Translations under genes and position numbers: made by a program
Part shown: one piece after another, positions 28,302 through 37,985 of the stretch
Numbering within the stretch: position 1 is the first letter of the stretch
Layout: every line of letters begins with the position of its first letter
The notes under the pieces: generated by a model
Database searches by the model: none
What the model was told of the DNA's origin: nothing
The model's input: the letters and a program-made list of their open reading frames with translations, nothing else
Assembly: GCA_963695225.1 (NCBI GenBank)
Contig: OY968762.1
Location: forward strand, 2,688,001-2,752,000
DNA length: 64,000 bases
Direction of reading: 5' to 3'
Source of the DNA: Vulcanimicrobiota bacterium
Lineage (GTDB): Bacteria; Vulcanimicrobiota; Vulcanimicrobiia; Vulcanimicrobiales; Vulcanimicrobiaceae

Positions 28302-31004
28302 TCACGCCCTCGGGGGACGCCCGAAGAAGCGGCCGAGCGCCCGCGCCAGGTTCGGGCGCGAGCTCGCTTCGAGTTCCGGATCGCGTTGCGGGCCCGGCTC
28401 GGCGCTCGCGGGCGGGCTCGTCCCCGCACGCGCGCGGCGCTCTCGCTCGGCCAGGCGTTGCATGTGGGCTTCCGCATGCGCGGCGAGCGTCTCGCGTAGC
28501 GCGCCGAGCTCGTTCCAAGCAGCCGAAGCGCGCCCGGCCTTGCGCGCCTCCCCGAACTCGAGCGCGGAGATCGTGAAGATGCGTCCGGCGGCGATTCCGC
28601 GCCCGCGGATGTAACGCGACGCGAGCTCGACGACGGTGCGGCGTTCGGCAGGCGCCTCGTTGTCGGCGATCGTGTGCGCGAAGAGCATCGGCTTTCCGTA
28701 ATCGGCGACCCGCGCGTACAGATCGAGCTCGCGGTCCGAGAGCTGTCGCGAGAAGAGCGCGACGACCTCGCTTGCGGCGCGCGCGGCGTGCAGCGCGATC
28801 TCCTCGGCATGCGCGTTCCCCGAATCGAACGCGGGCGCGTGTACGAGGACGAGTTGGCGCGGCAGCGTCCAGGGGATTTCGATCAGAACCGGTGTCCGCG
28901 AGGCCTGCGTGATCGCCGTGCCGTCCGCAATCTCGCGCCATTCGCCGCCGGCCTCGAGCGCGTACGCGCGCTCTTCCTCACCGTAGCGCACGTGGATCGG
29001 GAAGAGCGCCTCGCGATTCCCCGCATCGTCGAGGAGCCGCGTCTCGGCGAGCGCGTCGATGAGGCTCGACTTCCCGCGCCGCAACGCGCCCAAGACGACG
29101 ACGCGGTAGCGTTCGGGGCGCAAGCCGCGCCGGTACGCCGCGGCGTCGAAATCGGCCTCCGCCGGCGCCGCGGAAACGGCCGGGCGCGCATGCGGCCGGA
29201 GCTGCGTCGCTTCGACGTGCCGGCGCACGAGGGCGGCGGCGAGCGCGCCCAGCTGGGACCGTTCGGCCCCCAGGCGTTCGCAGGCCCTCCGCCGCCCCTC
29301 GGCGTCGAGGGCGAGGGCGCGTTCGATCGGGTCTAGCCGTTCGGCCCGGGATTGCGTGCGTTCGAGTTCGACGCACTCCGCGAGCGCGCCGTACGCGCTC
29401 GTGATGCCGGCGGCGAATTCCGCCACGAAGCGCTCGACGTCGGCGGCAAGTTGCGGGAAGAAGTTTTCGCGCAGGTCCGTCCCGAGTTCGCGCTTCATGT
29501 ACGCACCGTGCGGGTTTGCGGCGAACGCGCGGCCGATCGCGTGCACGAACGTGACGGCCGGCCCCCCGAGCGCACCGAGCACGATCGTCGAGCGGATGCC
29601 GGCGGCGAGATCGCGCGACCAGGCCCCGACGCCGGGTTCGCCGCCCAGGCGCGGCGCGACGAGGTCCGAGACGTTCAGACCGCGGTGCTCGCGGGCCGCG
29701 CGTTCGAGCGCGCGGGCCGTGTCCCCCGCGACTTCGTCGGCGAACGCGGTCAGATTCGCCGACATCGTCGCGTCGACGAGGCCGTGGAGCTTGTGGCGAT
29801 CCCGGATGCGCTCGATGTCCGCGACGTCGAGGGCGGCGCCGAGAGCTCGCTCGATCTCGGCGCGCAAGCTTTCGCCGCGCTGCGCGATCCAGGCACGGCG
29901 CTCTTCCCCCGCGCGCAGGATCTCGTCGCGCTCGCGCGAGAGCGAACGCTCCCGTTCGTCGAGCTCGGCCTCGGTGCTCGCGAGCGTCTCCGCGAGCGCG
30001 CCGGGCTCGCTCGCGAGCAGCGTCTCCATGCGTTCGTTGCGCTCGCGCGCTTCGCCGAGCACGTACGCAAGCATCTGCGTCGCCCGTGCGGCGCGCGCCG
30101 CGAGCGCGCGCTCGAGCAGCGTGCGGTCGAGCGCCTCGAGCAACGCCGGAAAACCGCTCCGTTCGCGCAGCGCCGGATCGTCGTCGAGCGTTCCGAGTGC
30201 GAATTCTTGCGCCGAGATCGCGAACACGTCGGCGTGCGGCGCGAAGCGAGCGGCTCGCGAGACGATCCGTTCGCGCGCGGCTTCCCAGATCGGCCGCCCG
30301 TCCGCTTCCGGAGCCCGCCAAAGATCGATCTTCGTCTGCACGATGAAGATCGTGCGCACGTGCTCGCCGACGAGGCCGAGGAACGCGGCGTCGCCGTCGG
30401 TGAACGGCTGCTGCGTATCGATGAGGTAGAGTACGGCGTCCGCTCGCGGAAGGTAGGCGAGCGTCGCGCGCCGGTGCGCCGGATTGAGCGAGGCGAGGCC
30501 GGGCGTGTCGGCGACGGCGAAGCCGCGTTCGAGGTACGGAGAGTCGACGCCGACGACGACGTGCGTGGGTGCGTCGCCGGCGTCCGCGGTCGCGTCGTGC
30601 AGCGCGCCGCGATCGTCCCGCCCGACGGCGACGAAGCGGGACAGACCGTCGAGCGGGATCCGCTCTTCCCGGCCCGACGCATAGCGCGCCGTAGCGCGTT
30701 CGACCGGAGAGTACTCGAGCTCCGTGATCGTCGCCGTCGATGGATTGATGTCGACGGCGAGCAGCCCGGTAAGGCGCGCGCCGTCGCGCCGCGCCTTGCC
30801 GAGCAGCGCGTTGAGCAGGAACGATTTTCCGCTCGAGAACTCGCCGACCACCGCCAGCGTGAAACGCCGTTCGAGCCGCTCGCGCGCCGCGTCGAGCGTT
30901 GCGAGCTCGGCGTCGCGTTGCGGCCAGGGGTCGCGCGCGTCCGAGGCCAGGAACGCGCGCACGCGGTCGAATAGTGCGAGGAGGTCGGCCGGGGCCTGCG
31001 TCAT
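28302..31004 (-). CDS. Bacterial dynamin-like protein with two GTPase-like domains
   Basis: N-terminal GEFSSGKS / T / DTPG / TKID, a helical stalk with a hydrophobic paddle, and a second P-loop GALRRGKS. Confidence 0.78.
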   Translation of the reverse strand: MTQAPADLLALFDRVRAFLASDARDPWPQRDAELATLDAARERLERRFTLAVVGEFSSGKSFLLNALLGKARRDGARLTGLLAVDINPSTATITELEYSPVERATARYASGREERIPLDGLSRFVAVGRDDRGALHDATADAGDAPTHVVVGVDSPYLERGFAVADTPGLASLNPAHRRATLAYLPRADAVLYLIDTQQPFTDGDAAFLGLVGEHVRTIFIVQTKIDLWRAPEADGRPIWEAARERIVSRAARFAPHADVFAISAQEFALGTLDDDPALRERSGFPALLEALDRTLLERALAARAARATQMLAYVLGEARERNERMETLLASEPGALAETLASTEAELDERERSLSRERDEILRAGEERRAWIAQRGESLRAEIERALGAALDVADIERIRDRHKLHGLVDATMSANLTAFADEVAGDTARALERAAREHRGLNVSDLVAPRLGGEPGVGAWSRDLAAGIRSTIVLGALGGPAVTFVHAIGRAFAANPHGAYMKRELGTDLRENFFPQLAADVERFVAEFAAGITSAYGALAECVELERTQSRAERLDPIERALALDAEGRRRACERLGAERSQLGALAAALVRRHVEATQLRPHARPAVSAAPAEADFDAAAYRRGLRPERYRVVVLGALRRGKSSLIDALAETRLLDDAGNREALFPIHVRYGEEERAYALEAGGEWREIADGTAITQASRTPVLIEIPWTLPRQLVLVHAPAFDSGNAHAEEIALHAARAASEVVALFSRQLSDRELDLYARVADYGKPMLFAHTIADNEAPAERRTVVELASRYIRGRGIAAGRIFTISALEFGEARKAGRASAAWNELGALRETLAAHAEAHMQRLAERERRARAGTSPPASAEPGPQRDPELEASSRPNLARALGRFFGRPPRA

Positions 31005-31008
31005 CGCG

Positions 31009-32349
31009 TCAGCGGCGGATCAGCGCGAGCGCCTCATCACGGTGCTCCTCCATCAAGGCGCGCGTGTCGCCTTCGACGTTGAGCCGCAGGAGGGGCTCGG
31101 TGTTGGAGGGCCGGACGTTCATCCACCAATTCGGGTACTGGATCGTGACGCCGTCGAGGTGATCGATCGCCGCATCCGTGTAGTGCGCTTCGAGCTCGCG
31201 GAGCTTCGCGGGGATGTCCTTGACGCGCGTGTTGATCTCGCCGGAGCGAACGCGATGATCGATCGGCGCGATCACTTCGCTGACCGGCGCGTTCGCTTCG
31301 CTGAAGACTTCCAGGCACTGCACGAGCGCGATCATTCCCGAATCGGCGAACCAATTGTCGCGGAAATAGAAATGCCCGGAGTGCTCGCCGCCGAAGACGA
31401 TGTCTTGTTCGCGCATCACCTTCTTGATCAGCGAGTGCCCGACTTGCGAGCGCACCGGAATGCCGCCGGCGCGCTCGATCGCTTCGGGGACGCTGCGGCT
31501 GCAGATCAAGTTGTAGAGGATCTTCGAGCCCGGATACCGCTTGAGCGTGTTGAGGCCGACGAGCGCGGTCACGATGTCGCCGCCCACGAGCGCTCCCTTC
31601 TCGTCGACGATGAACATGCGGTCCGCGTCGCCGTCGAAGGCCGCTCCGAGATCGCAGCCGTTCTCGAGCACGGCGCGCTGCAGCGCGACCATGTTTTCGG
31701 GTTCGATCGGGCTCGCGGGGTGGTTCGGGAAGGTCCCGTCGAGCTCGAAGTACAGCGGGACCACTTGGCACGGGAGGTGCGCGAAGACGGGCGGCACGAT
31801 CTCGCCGGCCATGCCGTTCCCGGCGTCGATCGCGATCTTGAACGGCTTGATCGCCTTCGGATCGATGAACGAGAGGCAATGGGCGGCGAAATCTCCGAGG
31901 ACGTCCTTTCGCACGATCGTTCCGCGCCGTTCGGCGTCGTGGAAGTCTCCGCGCGCCACGCGCGCTTCGATCGCCGAGAGGCCTTCGTCGTAAGAAAGCG
32001 CTTGGGCGCGATCGCGCGTGAACTTCATGCCGTTGTAGCGTGCCGGATTGTGAGAGGCCGTGATCATCACGCCTCCGTCGAAACCGTACTTGCCGACCGC
32101 GAAGTACAGCGCGTCGGTCGAAACGAGGCCGATGTCGGTGACGTCTGCGCCTGCATCGTTCGCGCCGCGCGCGAAAGCGGCGAAGAGCGCCGTGCCGGAA
32201 GGCCGCATGTCGCGCCCGACGGCGATCGAGCGCATACCGAACTCGTCGACGAATGCGTGGCCGATCGCATAGGCGAGCGCGTCGTTCAATTCGTCCGGGT
32301 AGAGACCGCGGACGTCGTAGCTTTTGAAGATTGCCGGAAGTGTGGACAT
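31009..32349 (-). CDS. Phosphomannomutase/phosphoglucomutase
   Basis: IFKSYDVRG, TASHNP, FDGDADR, GEHSGH, RPSNTEP; ATG at 32349. Confidence 0.92.
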   Translation of the reverse strand: MSTLPAIFKSYDVRGLYPDELNDALAYAIGHAFVDEFGMRSIAVGRDMRPSGTALFAAFARGANDAGADVTDIGLVSTDALYFAVGKYGFDGGVMITASHNPARYNGMKFTRDRAQALSYDEGLSAIEARVARGDFHDAERRGTIVRKDVLGDFAAHCLSFIDPKAIKPFKIAIDAGNGMAGEIVPPVFAHLPCQVVPLYFELDGTFPNHPASPIEPENMVALQRAVLENGCDLGAAFDGDADRMFIVDEKGALVGGDIVTALVGLNTLKRYPGSKILYNLICSRSVPEAIERAGGIPVRSQVGHSLIKKVMREQDIVFGGEHSGHFYFRDNWFADSGMIALVQCLEVFSEANAPVSEVIAPIDHRVRSGEINTRVKDIPAKLRELEAHYTDAAIDHLDGVTIQYPNWWMNVRPSNTEPLLRLNVEGDTRALMEEHRDEALALIRR

Positions 32350-32408
32350 GACCGCGCGGGGGTTCGAGCTAGCGGTACCGGACCCTCGTTCTCGAGCCAG
32401 GCGGAACC

Positions 32409-33437
32409 TCAGGCTCCGAGCGGAGCCGTTGGGGCAGCGGGCGCCGGCCACTCTCGCGACAAGAAGGACTCGATGGCCTCCGCGGTCGCTTCGGCCTCTT
32501 CTTCGTGCGGAAGGAGCCCCGAGTTCGGGAACGTACGCAACGACGCTTCGCGAGCAAGTCGTAGGTATTCGTGCGCGTTCGCGACCGGGTTCGTGCGCGA
32601 GGAGCGCTCGCCCCACAGCACGAGGAGCGGCGCGGCGAGGAACGGCAGATCCCGCGCGACGTTGCAGTTCAGGAGGTTGCCGACGAAGGCGCCCGCGGCG
32701 AAGCGTGCGCCGGGCTGGTGGGTCACGGCGTAGTAGTGCTCGATGACCTCGGGCGTGGCGGAGGCCGGATCCGCGTACGTCAAATTCGCGAGGAACCAGC
32801 GCAGCGACGGGGGAGAGGCGAGGCCGTTGAAGAGCGACTCCCCGAGGACGGGGGTGCGGACGAGTGCGGCGATCGCCTCTTGGGCTGCGGTCGGCGAGTC
32901 GTCGAGGACGCCGGCGAGCCCGGCCGGGGCGATCGTCACGAGCCGCGTGACGCGGTCGGACGCCCGTGCCGCCGCGCGGATGCAGAACGCCGCTCCGAGG
33001 GAGCTGCCGACGAGCGTGAGCGGCTCCTCCGAGAATTCGGCGAGCGCGTCGACGATCTGTTCGACGAACAGGTCCGCGGTATAGGGGAGATCGGGCATGT
33101 CGGAGAGCCCGCACCCCAGCAGATCGATCGCGATCACGCGGTGCTTGCGCGCGAGCAGCGGCGCCAGCTTGCGGTACTCGTATGACGAAGCGCCGGCGTA
33201 TATGCCGTGAACGAGAAGGACCGGCGGACCGCTCCCCAACTCCGTCGCGAAAATCTCGTACCCGCGCCAGGTCCAGCGCCGGCGGGTTCCCCCCACGTGG
33301 TTGCGCGGGAGCGCGCTGCTTTCCCGGATTCCCCGGTTCACGACGGCGGCCGCGCCGGCGAGGCCCGCGAGTGCGCCGGCAGGCCGGGCTATGCGGCGCA
33401 ATGCGTTAAGAATTTTCGACACAACCACACTCTTCAC
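32409..33437 (-). CDS. Alpha/beta-fold hydrolase
   Basis: LLVHG, DLLGCGLS, GSSLG nucleophile elbow, LPHEE. Confidence 0.85.
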   Translation of the reverse strand: MKSVVVSKILNALRRIARPAGALAGLAGAAAVVNRGIRESSALPRNHVGGTRRRWTWRGYEIFATELGSGPPVLLVHGIYAGASSYEYRKLAPLLARKHRVIAIDLLGCGLSDMPDLPYTADLFVEQIVDALAEFSEEPLTLVGSSLGAAFCIRAAARASDRVTRLVTIAPAGLAGVLDDSPTAAQEAIAALVRTPVLGESLFNGLASPPSLRWFLANLTYADPASATPEVIEHYYAVTHQPGARFAAGAFVGNLLNCNVARDLPFLAAPLLVLWGERSSRTNPVANAHEYLRLAREASLRTFPNSGLLPHEEEAEATAEAIESFLSREWPAPAAPTAPLGA

Positions 33438-33685
33438 GCTCCGCGTGCTATGTTCCGTCAGCGGCGCGCCGCGAGCGATCTAGGCCGTATGGCCCCCCGC
33501 GACGCGTCGAAGCGACTACCTTTGTCCACAGGGCAAGGAGTCGAGCAAGGCAAACTTCGGAGAAAGCACCCCCGCGGTGGAACACGGACGTTTACCGCGC
33601 AATACCGCCGATAATAGAATCGGTGGATTTTGCATCTGGACGGCGCCCGCGCCGGTCCAACGCGGGTAACAATTAGGAAGTCGAG

Positions 33686-35857
33686 ATGTTCGAACAACGA
33701 CCGCCCGCCGCGGAGGCGCAGGGTGCCCAGGAGGGGGCGACGGCAGAGGCACTGCTCGTCGTCAACCCGTCCACGCGGGGGTTGTTGTACGTGACCGCGG
33801 CCGCTGCGCGGCTCTTCGAAGCCCGCGAAGACGAGTTGCTCACGCGCGACGCCGACGACATCTTGATCGAATTCGCGGACATGACGCCGCGCCGGTTCAC
33901 GACGCGCGCCGGGCTGCGCAGCGGCAACTCGATGGACGTCGACGTCACGATCGAACCGTTGCGCGCAGGCCCCTTCGTGCGCGTCGGCGCGATGCTCGTT
34001 ACGATTCGTCCGAAGGCGGAGGCGCCGCCCGTCGAGCCCCCTGCGCCGCCCGCGGAGCCGGCTCGATCCGTGCGGATGGAACGCCTGGAATCGCTGTGGG
34101 GGCTGGTCGTCCGCAACGGGTTCGACGATGCCGAGCACGGGGCGGCGATCCTGCGCGAGGGCGCCCGGGGCCTCGGCTTCGAATCAGGCGTCCTGGCCCG
34201 GATCGAAGACGCCGAGAGTGTCACGGAGTTCGCTTCGAACGACGTGCGCAACCCGATCGGCCTGCGCGAACCGCTCGATACCGTCCTCGGCGCGAACGCG
34301 TTGCGGCACGACCGCGCGATCGCCATCCCGGACGCGAAAGAGCACGCGGAGTCGGCGCGCAACCCGTCGGTCGCGGCGGAAGGCGTGCGCTCGTACGTCG
34401 CCGTTCCGTTCCGTGTCGGCGAGGTGCAGTGGCTGCTGACGTTCTCCTCGACCGAGCCTCGCTCGGTCCCGTTCGGCCCCGACGACCAGCACTACGTAGA
34501 GTTCTTGGTCGACGCGTTCGCCCGGATCGTGCGCCGCCGCGACAGCGATGCCCAGATCAAGGCGCTCGCCTTCTCCGACGCGCTGACGAGCCTCCCGAAC
34601 CGGGCTGCGCTCTTCGAGCGCCTCGATGAAGCGATCGCGGCCTCCGAACGGCACCGCCGGCGTTGCGCCGTCATGTTCCTCGACGTCGACGGCTTCAAGG
34701 CCGTCAACGATACGGTCGGCCATCACGCGGGCGATAAGGTCCTCACCGAGATGGCGCAGCGCCTGCGCGGGACGCTCCGGCGCGAAGAGTACATCGGCCG
34801 CCTGGGCGGCGACGAGTTCGCGATCATCCTGCCGCAGGTTACCGCCCGCGAGGAGATCGAGCAGGTCGCCCAGCGCATCGGGCAGGTCCTGGCGTTCCCG
34901 TTCGTCGTCGAGCACTATCGTTTCGCGCTCTCCGCGAGCATCGGCGTCGCGATCTACCCGAACGACTCCTCGACGCGCGACGAGCTCTTGGCGTGCGCCG
35001 ATGCGGCGATGTATTCCGCCAAGGAAGCGGGCCGCGCGCGCGTTCATTTCCACGACGAGCTGAGCGCGGACGAACTCGCGACGCCGGCCCTCGGGCGGCA
35101 TGGCGAGCTTTCGTTCGATCCGTTCGATATCGGCTATCTGCTGTGCTACCAGCCCGTCCTCGATTTCGCCTCGAACACCGTCTTGAGCGCCGAGGCGTTG
35201 ATCCGGCGCGTCCATCCGTATCACGGCCTGCTCGCTCCGGAGCGGATTCTCACGAGCGTCCGCGACAAGGCGGCCCGCCGCGCCCTCGACCGCTGGGTCG
35301 TGCGCGAAGCCGCAACGCAGACGCGCGCCTGGCACCTCGCCGGCAAGACGTTGCGCGTCGAGGTGAACCTCGCGAGCTTCGACCCCGGCGAGTTCGAAGA
35401 GTTGCTCGCCGACGACACCCACACGATCGACTTCTCGCACGTCTGTCTCGAGATCCCCGCGCCCCTGCTGCGCGGCGACGAGACGGCCCTTTCCCGCTTC
35501 CTCGAGCTGTGCCGCTCGCGGCGGATTACGATCAGCCTGGACAATTTCGACGGGGGCCTCGGCCTGATGCAGGCGCTGGCTCCGTATCCGATCGATTCCG
35601 TAAAGCTGGATCGGCCGCTCGTCGAGAGCCTGACCCAGAGCCGGACTGCCCAGGCGGTCGTCGAAGGGACGGTCCTTGTGGCACGATCTTTGGGTTGGCG
35701 CGTCATCGCCAAAGGGGTCGAAACGGCGGCGCAACGTGAGATGCTCGCCGCGCTCGGCTGCGACGGGGTCCAGGGGTTCATCGTCGCGCATCCGATGACG
35801 GCGCTTGATTTCGGGAATTGGCTGAATCTGCATCGCACCGGCACGCCGCCCGCGTAA
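33686..35857 (+). CDS. GAF-GGDEF-EAL c-di-GMP signalling protein
   Basis: DALTSLPNR, DVDGFKAVND, RLGGDEF, YQP..AEALIR; EAL loop 6 degenerate (LDNFDGG). Confidence 0.88.
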   Translation: MFEQRPPAAEAQGAQEGATAEALLVVNPSTRGLLYVTAAAARLFEAREDELLTRDADDILIEFADMTPRRFTTRAGLRSGNSMDVDVTIEPLRAGPFVRVGAMLVTIRPKAEAPPVEPPAPPAEPARSVRMERLESLWGLVVRNGFDDAEHGAAILREGARGLGFESGVLARIEDAESVTEFASNDVRNPIGLREPLDTVLGANALRHDRAIAIPDAKEHAESARNPSVAAEGVRSYVAVPFRVGEVQWLLTFSSTEPRSVPFGPDDQHYVEFLVDAFARIVRRRDSDAQIKALAFSDALTSLPNRAALFERLDEAIAASERHRRRCAVMFLDVDGFKAVNDTVGHHAGDKVLTEMAQRLRGTLRREEYIGRLGGDEFAIILPQVTAREEIEQVAQRIGQVLAFPFVVEHYRFALSASIGVAIYPNDSSTRDELLACADAAMYSAKEAGRARVHFHDELSADELATPALGRHGELSFDPFDIGYLLCYQPVLDFASNTVLSAEALIRRVHPYHGLLAPERILTSVRDKAARRALDRWVVREAATQTRAWHLAGKTLRVEVNLASFDPGEFEELLADDTHTIDFSHVCLEIPAPLLRGDETALSRFLELCRSRRITISLDNFDGGLGLMQALAPYPIDSVKLDRPLVESLTQSRTAQAVVEGTVLVARSLGWRVIAKGVETAAQREMLAALGCDGVQGFIVAHPMTALDFGNWLNLHRTGTPPA

Positions 35858-36240
35858 TCCGGCTCGCCTCGCTCGTCGCGTTCGCGTCGAGCGCCGGAAC
35901 CGGTGCGCTAGCCGCCCACACCCCGGCATGCACGGCGCTGCCGCGCGATCGCGTGATCCTCTCCGCGGATGCGGTGGATCCCGACGTCTTCGTCTGGGAC
36001 GACCGGATGCGTCTGGTCGCCTACGCGCTCGGGGACTGGGGCGATACGCGTGCGGTGATGGATCACACGGTCCTCGCCCATCCCGGCACGCAGGCGACCG
36101 TGCTGTCTTGCGCCGCCGGCGTCATCCGGCCGAAATACGGGGAAGTGAGCGAGGATGCCGTCCGCGTGAAGATGACGAGCGGCCCCTTCCGCGGGCGTAC
36201 CGGCTGGGTCGCTTCGGGCGACGTCCACCCCTCGCGCTGA
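35818..36240 (+). CDS. Hypothetical secreted protein (start uncertain)
   Basis: Signal-like hydrophobic segment, SH3-like ending GPFRGRTGWV. Confidence 0.5.
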   Translation: MAESASHRHAARVIRLASLVAFASSAGTGALAAHTPACTALPRDRVILSADAVDPDVFVWDDRMRLVAYALGDWGDTRAVMDHTVLAHPGTQATVLSCAAGVIRPKYGEVSEDAVRVKMTSGPFRGRTGWVASGDVHPSR

Positions 36241-36468
36241 GCCGGCGCAAGCAGGTTCCGCCGCAAACGGTATTGCGCGGTTGTAGTCTCCGCGGCATTA
36301 TCGGCGCGCGCTTCCCCGCTTGTTTGGACAAGCGGTTAAGCAGCGCGCCGGGGGACTCGACACACCGTTAACGCCGGTGCCCGCGGATGCACGGTGTGCG
36401 AACCGCCACTACCGCAGCTTGTCCATTTGTCGATACTGCGAACCACTCTCAACCATTAGCTTTTTGAC

Positions 36469-37719
36469 ATGGACAAAATCAATGCCGGCGATACCGCCTG
36501 GGTTCTAGCGTCCGCGGCACTCGTCATGTTGATGACCCCGGGATTGGGGTTCTTCTACGGCGGGCTCGTACGTAAAAAGAACGTGCTCTCAACCGTCATG
36601 CACAGCTTTTTCATTCTGTGCTTGATCAGCGTGCAGTGGGTCCTTTGGGGATACTCACTAGCCTTCGGCCCCGACTTCAAGGGCTGGGGCTTCATCGGCG
36701 ACCTCTCGTGGGTCGGACTGAACAACGTCACCTTGCTGCCTAATAAAGATTACGCAGCGACGATTCCCCACCAAGCATTCATGGTCTTCCAAATGATGTT
36801 CGCCGTCATCACGCCGGCGCTCATCACGGGCGCGTTCGCCGAGCGCAAGCGCTTCAAGGCGTTTGTGATTTTCAGCCTCTTGTGGGCGACGTTCGTCTAC
36901 GATCCGATCGCACACTGGGTGTGGGGCGCCGGCGCGAGCCAAGGTTGGCTGAACAAGCTGGGCGCGCTCGACTTCGCAGGCGGTACGGTCGTCCATATCT
37001 CCTCCGGCGTCTCGGCGCTCGTCGCAGCGTACGTGCTCGGCAAGCGCATCAACCATAAGGAAGGCGAATCCCCGGGCGAGCCTCACGATCTCACGATGGT
37101 CATCCTCGGCACGGCGCTGCTGTGGTTCGGATGGTTCGGCTTCAATGCCGGTAGCGCGCTGGCAGCGAACGGTCTCGCAACGTCGGCCTTCGTCAACACG
37201 AATACCGCTGCGGCGATGGCCGCACTCACGTGGCTGACGATCGGCTGGATGCACAAGGGAACGCCGAGCGTCGCCGGTGCTTGCGCCGGCGCCGTCGCAG
37301 GGCTCGTCGCGATCACGCCGGCCGCCGGTTACGTGACGCCGGCAGCCTCGATCATCATCGGTCTGATCGTCTCGGTCGTCTGCTACGGAGCCGTGCTCCT
37401 GCGCGACAAGATGAACGTCGACGACGCGCTCGACGTGTGGGCCGTTCACGGCGTCGGCGGTACGGTCGGCGCGCTGCTCACGGGTCTGTTCGCGACGACC
37501 GCGATCAACTCGGGCGCTGCGAACGGTTTGCTCTACGGAAATCCGCATCAGCTCGTCGTGCAGTGCATCGCCGTCGGTGCCTCGTGGATCTACTCCGCGG
37601 TGATGACGTTCATCATCCTCAAAGTCGTCTCGCTCTTCGTCCCGCTGCGTGTCGAGGAAAAAGAGGAAGCGATGGGTCTCGATCTCTCTCAACACGCCGA
37701 ACCCGCTTACAGCTCATAG
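36469..37719 (+). CDS. amtB: Ammonium transporter
   Basis: FFYGGLVR, FQMMFA, DFAGGTVVH, WFGWFGFNAGS, DDALDVWAVHG. Confidence 0.95.
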   Translation: MDKINAGDTAWVLASAALVMLMTPGLGFFYGGLVRKKNVLSTVMHSFFILCLISVQWVLWGYSLAFGPDFKGWGFIGDLSWVGLNNVTLLPNKDYAATIPHQAFMVFQMMFAVITPALITGAFAERKRFKAFVIFSLLWATFVYDPIAHWVWGAGASQGWLNKLGALDFAGGTVVHISSGVSALVAAYVLGKRINHKEGESPGEPHDLTMVILGTALLWFGWFGFNAGSALAANGLATSAFVNTNTAAAMAALTWLTIGWMHKGTPSVAGACAGAVAGLVAITPAAGYVTPAASIIIGLIVSVVCYGAVLLRDKMNVDDALDVWAVHGVGGTVGALLTGLFATTAINSGAANGLLYGNPHQLVVQCIAVGASWIYSAVMTFIILKVVSLFVPLRVEEKEEAMGLDLSQHAEPAYSS

Positions 37720-37733
37720 GAGGTTGATCTCAC

Positions 37734-37865
37734 ATGGAAATCCTCGTCGCTTTGGTTTCGTTCTTTGCGCTCTTCGGAGCCTGGATGGTTCTCCCGTCGT
37801 CGCCTCGCACGGTCGAAGCCAAACAGGCGAAGACGCTGGACGTTCTCGCGCGGAACGCAGCGTAG
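37734..37865 (+). CDS. 43-aa single-pass membrane protein (not in ORF track)
   Basis: AGGAGG at 37718-37723, then MEILVALVSFFALFGAWMVLPSSPRTVEAKQAKTLDVLARNAA*. Confidence 0.65.
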   Translation: MEILVALVSFFALFGAWMVLPSSPRTVEAKQAKTLDVLARNAA

Positions 37866-37906
37866 CGGGACGCGCCGTGCCGGCGCGCTAGCGCGGCACG
37901 GGACAA

Positions 37907-37979
37907 TTCGAAACGGGGAAGACCGGGTGTGCAGCACCCTTAGGATGCTGCGCTCTCCGGTCTTCCCCGTTTCTTCGAA
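37907..37979. terminator. Long hairpin / probable bidirectional terminator between convergent units
   Basis: aaacggggaagaccgg ... ccggtcttccccgttt inverted repeat with inner gcagca/tgctgc stem. Confidence 0.65.
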
Positions 37980-37985
37980 AGGCAG

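Noticed and set aside
33522..33530. DnaA-box-like TTGTCCACA in a divergent intergenic region
   Set aside because: Single box with no cluster, no clear unwinding element and no dnaA/dnaN nearby, so it is not evidence of an origin.
36241..36468. Nitrogen-regulator site (GlnR/NtcA/sigma54) upstream of amtB
   Set aside because: gttaag/gttaac half-sites are present, but the spacing matches no consensus I can support.
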